Of a DNA stretch of 64,000 nucleotides, positions 9,245 to 17,434 are shown in pieces (within the stretch, counting starts at the first letter, position 1; each line of letters opens with the position of its first letter). The notes under the pieces were generated by a model that was not told the DNA's origin, searched no databases, and saw only the letters and a list, made by a program, of their open reading frames with translations. The stretch is from Paramoeba atlantica (taxonomy: Eukaryota > Protista > Discosea), in the NCBI GenBank assembly GCA_977017575.1, contig CDRNVI010000043.1, positions 248,001-312,000 of the forward strand. The letters are read 5' to 3'. A program made the translations under genes and the position numbers.

Positions 9245-10957
9245 TTATGTTTGTGAGACGGTATCAAGTCTTATTGTATTGATACCGTCTTCTAAATGTT
9301 GAAATACGCTCAGCATGACTCGAGTGTCAGTGGAGCAATACTCCAGCAAGTGTTTTCTAGTATGGCTCACCCATTTGGAAGATTGTTGACCGCTCATCCA
9401 TATTTTATATGCTAAGCTTGCTTGCATACCATCGCGAATACCACCCGGAAGATTCTTGTAAGAGTGCTCAGGAACTAAAATAGGTTGTATTCTTTTAAGG
9501 GAAGTTGAGCCCAGAAAACCTGGATGTCGATAATGCTGTTTAAAAGCTTTTTCCAAGTCCCAGAGTCTTTCGCGTATCGAAAGAAGAAAAGAACGTAGCC
9601 CTGCTGGTATGGTGTGAGTGGCGTTGCTCATTAATGTCAGGATAGATGCCTCAAAGGCTGCGTGATGACATATTATACTGCCTTCAGAGTGCAAAATAGT
9701 TTGTAGCGCCTGAGCAATATTGACACGAGGGTCAGAGGTGGGTTCCGTTTCTGAGCCAAGATGTAGATATTCATAGTGCTTGATTGGCGATCCCGATTCT
9801 GTTTGATAGTGTATAGATACTTGAAATGGAATGTGTTCGTACGGACGACAATTCCATGGCACAACAGGAATACTAATTGTTTCGAAATCTAAAAAATAGC
9901 GTGGATATGCGACCTTCTCAATGAGCTCCCGAATTCCTGACCAATCAACTACTGGCACCCCTTGACGCACAAGCTCTATGTGACTTTTTTGAAAAGGGGA
10001 TAATTTCACCACCTCAGTGGTTCGCGTGTCCGCAACAGAAATTATGTTAGCTTCGCGAAGTTCGTGCAATTGGGCTGCTTTTATGCGAGGGATATGATAA
10101 ATGCTATCCACTTTTTCGTAGTTTTCAGGGAAACACCTCTTCATGTAGATACATGGCGAAGGCTTTTTGCATCTCTGTCCAAGAAGGGAACTTGGATCAT
10201 CGGGAGCATTGCTGAAAAATATCTTTCGAGCCTTTTCTATCTGCTCTTGACCAGAATTCAATAAATCGCGTACATGATCAGTAATGTTCCATGGAACCAA
10301 TAAGGTGTCTAAATTTAATTCCTTTACTGGCCCTTCGAAGTTTTTGTTTATTCCAAAAACTAGTTGACTTCTAATCGGACAGTATTTACTGACGACGATG
10401 TGCGCAAAAGCAAATTTCAGAAGCGCATCTTTGTCTTCCGGCGGTTTAGTACCATAGGATAAGTGATAAACGTCGAAGCAATCATCCTGAGCATCATAAT
10501 GCAGCCCATCAATATATGCTTGGATGTTGTCTTGCTTAACCGTAACTTGTAGCCAAAGGCGGTTTTTTGGAGAAGTGACACTCGGCTGTATGCTTTGTGC
10601 ATCTAAGCTCGAAAAAAGCAATTCAAGTTCGGCATTTATTCCTTTAATAGGAAAAGACGTTCTCTTCGCTTTACCTGCGTGTCTATGAGCATATCTATGA
10701 CGATTCTTAGAGCATGTTTGCCTGAAAATGCTAAATAATTCATCTTCGCACCATGTGCGTACAAACTCTTGGGGAAGATCAACGACGTCTGAGTTCTGAG
10801 TAAGGTTAGTTTCATCTTTGTAGGGATCATGCAAATCAAACCATAAACGACGAGGACAACGCAATGCCTGATGAAAGAATCGTGAAGATAGAATCTCAGA
10901 TACATCTAGGGCGAGACGCGTGTGCCAGACCATGCGAAGCATACACGTTTTTAACAT
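9245..10957 (-). CDS. DUF2779-type protein: Cas4/RecB-like N-domain plus DEDD 3'-5' exonuclease, with putative mitochondrial presequence
   Basis: LSSRFFHQALRCPRRLW, CKKPSPCIYMKRC, YFLDFET, RPYEHIPFQVSIH, HHAAFE, GSTSLKRIQP, IRDGMQAS, LLEYCSTDT; ~20-aa R-rich, acid-poor N-terminal extension. Confidence 0.85.
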   Translation of the reverse strand: MLKTCMLRMVWHTRLALDVSEILSSRFFHQALRCPRRLWFDLHDPYKDETNLTQNSDVVDLPQEFVRTWCEDELFSIFRQTCSKNRHRYAHRHAGKAKRTSFPIKGINAELELLFSSLDAQSIQPSVTSPKNRLWLQVTVKQDNIQAYIDGLHYDAQDDCFDVYHLSYGTKPPEDKDALLKFAFAHIVVSKYCPIRSQLVFGINKNFEGPVKELNLDTLLVPWNITDHVRDLLNSGQEQIEKARKIFFSNAPDDPSSLLGQRCKKPSPCIYMKRCFPENYEKVDSIYHIPRIKAAQLHELREANIISVADTRTTEVVKLSPFQKSHIELVRQGVPVVDWSGIRELIEKVAYPRYFLDFETISIPVVPWNCRPYEHIPFQVSIHYQTESGSPIKHYEYLHLGSETEPTSDPRVNIAQALQTILHSEGSIICHHAAFEASILTLMSNATHTIPAGLRSFLLSIRERLWDLEKAFKQHYRHPGFLGSTSLKRIQPILVPEHSYKNLPGGIRDGMQASLAYKIWMSGQQSSKWVSHTRKHLLEYCSTDTRVMLSVFQHLEDGINTIRLDTVSQT

Positions 10958-11115
10958 AATGCATACACAAACATAATAATAATATAAATTATTTCTTGCC
11001 TTTCAGTCACTAAAGTACTGCTCTCTCGCTAAGTAAAAAAATAAAAGAATATTTATCGAAGACCACCTTAAAGTATTTAGAGTACCTTTTGAAGCGCTCA
11101 TTGTAGGGATGAACT

Positions 11116-12696
11116 TTAAAACACACTAGCGTTTGCAACTAACAATCTGAATTGTTGATGCATTTCCTCACGCGAGGCATTCCACGAGATTTCTAGTACA
11201 CCTTTTGATGTGTGCCGCAATAAGGCCTTTTCACTTTGTACTAGTATCAAGATTTGAGTAGAATCTGAGCATTGTTTCCATGAATTGGTAAGCTCGGAGT
11301 GAATTTTCTCCATTGATTCAAGAAAATGCTTAAAACATGACAAGTAGGCTGCTGATTGATCTTGTCTAAGACTATTCCCAATTTCAACACTAAGTCTCGG
11401 AAAGTCTTTGCGCAACATACATAATAATGATTTGATGGAGCTCCAGTGTAACGCACGTTCAACAACAATGCCACCTAGATCTCGAATAGCCCGTAGAACC
11501 TGTTCAACACTCACAGAAGGATCCATAATTAGACAGCCATTATCTGAAACTTCAACATTCCTCTTGACCGCAACATCACGCGCTACGCGCAACTCACGTG
11601 ATACACGCAAAGTGACATGCAAAGAAAAAGCAGGATTTCTTAGAGTATCGTATCGCACCTGAGTGGCTCGAATTTTAGGCGCGGCGTTCAACATACTATC
11701 CGTAAAGGAGTATAGAACATCATTCTGTTCTGTTATAGATGGAATCAGGAACACTTCCCGAATCTGAAGTAAGCGTCTAATTTTGCTTGCCATGTGTTGA
11801 AGATGATCGAGCACTGGAGCATCTTCATGTCGATGCATGCGTGCTAGGTCTTGACATTCACGCCATTGACTTGCGGATAACGAAAAAAGAAAGCGATCTG
11901 CTGTTTTGATAGCTTCCATAGCAATGATGATACATCCATCAGGGGCAATAGAATGTACGCGTTCTAAAATTTTAACTGTAGGGAAAGAAAAAACAAGAGT
12001 TACACCGGTTCGAATTGATTGTCCTCTCCAGTTATCATAAAGCTCCGAAATGTAAGACACTGCGTCGTGCAGAGCAGCTAGCTCTGTTGGTTGCATAAAG
12101 TAATGCCGAAAGGGAGTTAATCCACGACGGGCGTAAAATTCCTCATCAACGAGAGGTGAAGGTCGTATGGACTCGAGTTCCGGCTTTGACAAAGACATCG
12201 TCCTACCGGTGGGGGCTTCAACTATTATAAAGATTCCGTATCGGCGTAATTTTTCAACCGACTGATTAAGTAGAGGGCATATACTGTGGCCGGTTTCGGC
12301 ATCAGAAGGAAAAATGCATAGTTTTTCCCATGGAAAAATAAAGTCATCTGTGACTCCCAACTTCCGAAACACGTTCCGAAGTCGAGCTTTCAAGAATGCA
12401 GGTGATTCCCCAAAGCGCAATTCCTCGAAAATTCGAGTCGCTTTTAATTCGTTAGTTTGGATATCTTTCGGGGAGGCTTCCGGAAACCAAAAGGTCAAGA
12501 GCACCTTGCGGCGTTGTTGATATGATTCACTGAACAGGGATGGATTTTTGCTTTGAAAAGACATCAAAAACCTGTCTAGAGCCATCATAGATTGAGTATT
12601 GACATATCGTTTCTCATCAAGAGCAACCGTTGCCACATTCCGAAGCTCAAGTACATTCTTCACGTGTTTTATAGTCGCCTCCCAGGAGCGTTTCAT
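11116..12696 (-). CDS. DUF4460/DUF4461 (TCAIM-like) protein
   Basis: YVNTQSMMALDRFLMSFQ...LLTFWF resembles DUF4460 (VNENSLKRL..YL...LTFY); downstream long helical region with VIFS-like segment; recognition from memory. Confidence 0.55.
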   Translation of the reverse strand: MKRSWEATIKHVKNVLELRNVATVALDEKRYVNTQSMMALDRFLMSFQSKNPSLFSESYQQRRKVLLTFWFPEASPKDIQTNELKATRIFEELRFGESPAFLKARLRNVFRKLGVTDDFIFPWEKLCIFPSDAETGHSICPLLNQSVEKLRRYGIFIIVEAPTGRTMSLSKPELESIRPSPLVDEEFYARRGLTPFRHYFMQPTELAALHDAVSYISELYDNWRGQSIRTGVTLVFSFPTVKILERVHSIAPDGCIIIAMEAIKTADRFLFSLSASQWRECQDLARMHRHEDAPVLDHLQHMASKIRRLLQIREVFLIPSITEQNDVLYSFTDSMLNAAPKIRATQVRYDTLRNPAFSLHVTLRVSRELRVARDVAVKRNVEVSDNGCLIMDPSVSVEQVLRAIRDLGGIVVERALHWSSIKSLLCMLRKDFPRLSVEIGNSLRQDQSAAYLSCFKHFLESMEKIHSELTNSWKQCSDSTQILILVQSEKALLRHTSKGVLEISWNASREEMHQQFRLLVANASVF

Positions 12697-13804
12697 AAGG
12701 CCTTTAACCTAGAATCCCCTGATATTCCTAAATCGTTGACTCAAGGATATGTCATGTTCGTAGGATATGCCATGTCGGGTGGTTCATCTTACAGTAATAG
12801 CTTAAAAAGGGGCATAATGCGCATACTTTTGTAAATGTAAAACAGTATCCATGTGAATTCCTGTACAAAAGTGACATCTTGTAATCGTGTTGACCATGAA
12901 CAGGATTAACATTAGGCCTTCCTATGGTATTTAGCAAAAGGATGAAATGGTCAGAATTTCAATGATGTGTATTGGTTAAGTGTAGGAACTTCGTGAAAAG
13001 CGCCTTAGAATTTTGTTATACACATTTAAAATGTGACATTTTTGTTTTCTCCTCACTTCTTTATAAAGAAATCCTTACGTTTTACAGAATACCCATGTTG
13101 TATCGAATAATTTGCATACTGTACCCTCATTTATTATTGAGAGCTCACCCCCCGTAATAGGGGACTAAATAGGGGGACTAATGCCAGGCAAAGGTAGCAA
13201 GCAGCGTCTTTTCACCCTCTGACGATGTTCCCGAGTTAAAATGACAGGACTGCAAGATGGTTAAACGTGTTTGCCATTAGCAATTAAAATACTGACGAAG
13301 AAAATCATCATAAAGCCATTCCCATTATGAATGACGGAAGTATTTACATGACCCTTGAATATTGGTTTTACCTCAATTCCTTTCTTTCTCTATCAAGGAT
13401 TCTTAGCTAGAGTCCTCGATCGATTAAAAACAGTGCCCCTTTGTGGCCTATCAGAGTTCCTCGCATATTTCCAGTAGCACTTGAACTATCAGCTTGCCCA
13501 TTGGATTGTCGTGAAGAGCACATACATGTATTTGTTGTATAAAAGTCAAAAGTAAACTAGAACAATAAATAAGAATAATTGTGCAACTTCCAATGAATAA
13601 TGTGTGTTCAGTTTGACCAACACGCCGTATCTTAAGCAAATTTCCAGAACATTTTATCATAATACTTCGCTACATGCATTCAGCATACTAGATTTAAAGC
13701 ATACACTTCATTTACCATCCGATTTTTATCATGGACACTAATAGTTCTTGCTTACACATGAGCTTCTTAATCTTACGTGCTTTCTCATTCCCCAAAATTC
13801 TTCT

Positions 13805-14197
13805 TTAATAGAAGAACCCCAAGATTTTTCCTCCGGTGTGGCGCTTTTTCGCTTCTTCATGATCCATGATTCCCAGAGATGTCGTAAGGACGAGATATCC
13901 AAATTGACGTGAAGGCAACAAGGAACCAACCCAGTGCTCGTACGCACCATGGGTGATATCATACCGAGGAGAAATTACACCGACTTTATTTAAACGTCCG
14001 TTGAGATTAACCACTACTTTACCCCGACGGTGATCATCGATAATCTCAAAGTCTCCGATATAACCATGTTTTTGCATCACCTCAAGAAAACGCACAATCA
14101 CTTTAGACGAAGGACGAATAAGCACTTGTCGTTTACCGCGGCGTTCCGCACTGCTAAGGTTTGATAGCGCGTTCCCCAAAGAAGACATTAACGTCAT
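13805..14197 (-). CDS. RPS15A: 40S ribosomal protein S15a (uS8)
   Basis: [41 protein letters not shown]...[23 protein letters not shown]...GGKILGFFY, 130 aa. Confidence 0.99.
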   Translation of the reverse strand: MTLMSSLGNALSNLSSAERRGKRQVLIRPSSKVIVRFLEVMQKHGYIGDFEIIDDHRRGKVVVNLNGRLNKVGVISPRYDITHGAYEHWVGSLLPSRQFGYLVLTTSLGIMDHEEAKKRHTGGKILGFFY

Positions 14198-15007
14198 TTT
14201 CTTGATGGTTGTAAATATATTCCGAAAGTATGAACTCTGATTTGTTCGTAAATAATTTAATTCTCCAGTGTATCAAATTATAATCTGATGGTAGTCGTAA
14301 CAATGATAACATCATTGAACACGCACTGTCAATGGGTGATTTAGATTAAAATTAGTAAATGTTTGGTCACATATGATTGCTCTAAAGTTATTTGTATGTA
14401 CACAATGTAGTACACAGATTCTTATCATGAAGACACATATTCTTAGGTACTGTGACCCCCCCCTTTAATATGGACACTTTTTCGGCTTTTGTCCATAATA
14501 AAGGGGGGGGCGATGAAAGGGGTGTGAAAAAAAATTCGGCGCCGCTTCGCGGCACCTTTTTTACTTATAATACGACAAAAAATCAAATTTGTAAAATCCA
14601 TGTCCAGGAGAGAGGGCGAGGAGAGCAGAGGAAGAGGGCGGGGGAGGAGGGCGTCAATGAGGGGTGAAGGGGCACTTCTTCATAAGGGTGAAGGGTACAT
14701 GGAGGATATACATTATTGATGTACACTATAATTAGGAATAAAAAATTAACAACAAGCAAAAAATCATGCATGCTCACATTCAGCTCTATATTCCGTGTAG
14801 CTATAAAGGTTCCATTCAGTTAAATTGTAGATGTTCTAACGTAAAAGTCGAGCCCAAACTTCCTACTCATACAAAGTTTCACACAAATGAACTAAAGGTG
14901 GAAAGAAAGAACTTACGTTCACGACGGGAAAAAACAAGACCAACGTTAAGAGCTCACGTAAAAAAACCCACGTAAACTTATCACAACAAAATTAAATAAC
15001 AGCCCTT

Positions 15008-16600
15008 TTACAATTCAAAAGTATCATCATACGCTACTGACTGATCCCACCCCTCTGTGTCCATGTCCCCGCGGTCATTGTCTGGATGAAGCATTAGTTG
15101 CCCTAAACAATCTTGAGTGTCAATTATTTCCTCATCGTGAAGCTCTTCAGTGAGGGCAGGACGATGAGACAGAGCACCGGGAACGCATGGTCGCCATGTT
15201 TTTGAGATATTTTTGCGTGTGAGCTTGTTCTCCACGGGAACTAAAAAAAGCAAGTTACACAGATTGTTTACCAAATGGAGCCCGCATTCATTCGTCATTG
15301 GTTGCTGTTGCGGCACTGCGGCGTATTTAATCTTCATCTCCGCAGAGAAACCTATCAGCAGACGCATGTGAATCATGATGCTGTTCAGAAAATCAGATCG
15401 AGCAGAGGGACAATATGTTTCGTAACTGGCGAAAACAGTTAGCCCAAACCTCTGGAAATTGACAAGGATAAAATGCCCATTAAAAATTAAAGCCGCGGCT
15501 ATTCGACGAACCGATGTAATATGCTGTTTTGGCTCGCGGCCCAGGCCTAACATCAACTGCGTCTGTCCGGTATTTAGGAACATGAGATGCCTGTCTGCAT
15601 TAGGCAATTCCCGATATACCTCCATTACGTTTTGGCAGAGCTGATCCACCGCGTGCGTGGTAAGACAGCTTTTGGGACGTCGAAATTTTTTCCACGTATC
15701 AACCAGGGTGGGAGGAGTCTCCTCTGTTTCCGGCACAACAATCGGCTCATTTCGTGAAGACTCTATTTGTGGTGAAATTTCCTCACGGACTTTTATCTCA
15801 GCTTTCGCTTTTCTGGTTGGTTCACTTTCGGGATCCTTCTCGCTCCATGGATACTCTGTAGCTGGTTGCTTGATGTACCTGCGGGCGGCGTTAAGAATAG
15901 TGTTGTGATGCTTTACCCATACTCTCGAATGGGCCTCTTTTATCCACTCCAGCACCAAATAACGAGTTACCTTACACGAAGAGTTCTGTATTCGCCATGC
16001 ACTGAGCAATTCATTGTACGCCCTCTTAAATAGGCGATTGAATACTCGGTCGTGAATTTGGATCGCTTTCGTGCACCCGCCAGGAATTGTGTGCGGGTCA
16101 CAGTTGACGGGAATATCATCAGTGCGATGCCCCGTGAAGTCGTCAGTAACGATGGCCGTTGAAGATTGTTCCAGGGTAAGTGGCAAGTATCGGTGCATCA
16201 TGCGGGGATATATATCATCTCGCACCCATCCAGAAGAGCTCACATCAATAAATATCCCTTTCAATTTATTCGCGTAACTCGTCATTTCCGAATAAATTGT
16301 TGAGCTTTCTCTGCGCTTCGCTCCGTGCTCAAAAATTACAGTCGGGTGGAGCGGGTAAACTTCGCCGGCCCCTAAATCATAGACGCCCGCAAGAAATGCG
16401 GTTACTGTTTCCTTTGGGTTTGTATCCACTACCTTAGGTTGCGGGCACCCTACCGGAGCAAGTGTGTACCCTTGCACCTCTCCATTGACAAACATGGCGG
16501 TTTCATCCCCGAAAAGCGCGAAACGGTAGCAACGGACTGTGTTTTGAACGTAGAGCTTTTCAGCCCAATGAGAAATTCTGAGGTTCACATCAGCGGGGGC
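15008..16600 (-). CDS. pogo transposase catalytic part (DD30D) fused to a C-terminal Ulp1/C48 peptidase-like domain
   Basis: GDETAMF (D at 16505-07), TDDFTGH (D at 16142-44), QIHDRVFNRLFK (D at 16049-51), with 30 residues between D2 and D3. Then NGHFILVNF...TVFASY...VPQQQPMTNECGLHLV. Confidence 0.9.
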   Translation of the reverse strand, partial: APADVNLRISHWAEKLYVQNTVRCYRFALFGDETAMFVNGEVQGYTLAPVGCPQPKVVDTNPKETVTAFLAGVYDLGAGEVYPLHPTVIFEHGAKRRESSTIYSEMTSYANKLKGIFIDVSSSGWVRDDIYPRMMHRYLPLTLEQSSTAIVTDDFTGHRTDDIPVNCDPHTIPGGCTKAIQIHDRVFNRLFKRAYNELLSAWRIQNSSCKVTRYLVLEWIKEAHSRVWVKHHNTILNAARRYIKQPATEYPWSEKDPESEPTRKAKAEIKVREEISPQIESSRNEPIVVPETEETPPTLVDTWKKFRRPKSCLTTHAVDQLCQNVMEVYRELPNADRHLMFLNTGQTQLMLGLGREPKQHITSVRRIAAALIFNGHFILVNFQRFGLTVFASYETYCPSARSDFLNSIMIHMRLLIGFSAEMKIKYAAVPQQQPMTNECGLHLVNNLCNLLFLVPVENKLTRKNISKTWRPCVPGALSHRPALTEELHDEEIIDTQDCLGQLMLHPDNDRGDMDTEGWDQSVAYDDTFEL

Positions 16601-17174
16601 TAAGCACTGTATTCTGCCCCACCGCCGCCACACCCAAACCATAGTACCGTCTGAACTTCGCATAAGTGTCTTCCAAAGCACTAATTGAAGTCAATCCCGT
16701 ATTTTGTCGTATCATGTCGATGACGATATTTCTGGTGAGGGGACACCATAACGAGGAGGCTTGAACGCAGGAGCGGTGTACCCGTTCCATTGCCTCAGAC
16801 TTATTGTAGCAAACTGCTTCGGGATCATTGTAGTCGCCTCCTCGAACGTTAAAAGCACGATTCCTGTGGTTGCTCCCCATGGAACGATCAATGAGTTTTT
16901 GAAAGTAGCTCATACCGTGGCTACGGATTTCATATACTCCGCTTCGCGAAATTCCGTATTTTTCTCGGATTCTTTTTACCGAGAGAGTCGATCGGCAGAT
17001 TTCGCGCTTCTCGTATATATTAAGCTCAGTTCGTCCCCTTTTCTCCTTTACGTGGATATCTAAAGAAGCGTGGACATTGCGCTCATTTGTAATCAACATT
17101 GTTGGATTACCTACCTGTGGCTTTGGGGGTGTTGCCTTAATCCAAGAGGTTAAGGGTCCTTCCACGGAATTCAT
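16590..17174 (-). CDS. pogo transposase N-terminal part (CENP-B/psq-type HTH and Tc5-type HTH)
   Basis: RGRTELNIYEKREIC...IREKYGISRSGVYEI (HTH); CPLTRNIVIDMIR...YAKFRRYYGL (second HTH). Stops just after a 5-C run; the catalytic ORF continues in the +1 frame. Confidence 0.85.
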   Translation of the reverse strand: MNSVEGPLTSWIKATPPKPQVGNPTMLITNERNVHASLDIHVKEKRGRTELNIYEKREICRSTLSVKRIREKYGISRSGVYEIRSHGMSYFQKLIDRSMGSNHRNRAFNVRGGDYNDPEAVCYNKSEAMERVHRSCVQASSLWCPLTRNIVIDMIRQNTGLTSISALEDTYAKFRRYYGLGVAAVGQNTVLSPR

Positions 17175-17251
17175 TAGGTTGAAAAATGACTGAAATATAT
17201 GAACATGACGAACTATGTGAAAGCTGATAAAATTACCTAGCTACAGATACC

Positions 17252-17286
17252 CTAAAAAACAGAAAAAAAGAGACAAAAAAAAGGGT
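17252..17286 (-). promoter_or_regulatory. Putative SL trans-splice acceptor (polypyrimidine tract + AG) inside the transposon 5' end
   Basis: Minus strand CCCTTTTTTTTTGTCTCTTTTTTTCTGTTTTTTAG, ~78 nt upstream of the transposase ATG. Confidence 0.65.
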
Positions 17287-17434
17287 ACGTCAAAAAAAAA
17301 AATTGGCGCCGCTGCGCGGCGCACGGTCGGATTTGTCCACAATAAAGGGGGGGGATACCCCCTGTCCATATTAAAGGGGGGGGTCACAGTATATTTTTAG
17401 GCCCGCTCGGCATGCAGTTCTAATTTGAAATCTA

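Larger units (their letters stand above)
14450..17389 (-). mobile_element. Complete pogo-family (IS630/Tc1/mariner) DNA transposon, 2940 bp
   Basis: Perfect 27-bp TIRs CTGTGACCCCCCCCTTTAATATGGACA (14450-14476) / TGTCCATATTAAAGGGGGGGGTCACAG (17363-17389), TA TSD at 14448-49 and 17390-91, internal transposase. Confidence 0.97.

Noticed and set aside
12700-13740. 1-kb gap with a minus-strand ATGATGA (C-box-like, ~13305) and short repeats
   Set aside because: No D box at a suitable distance; repeats too short to support a snoRNA or TE
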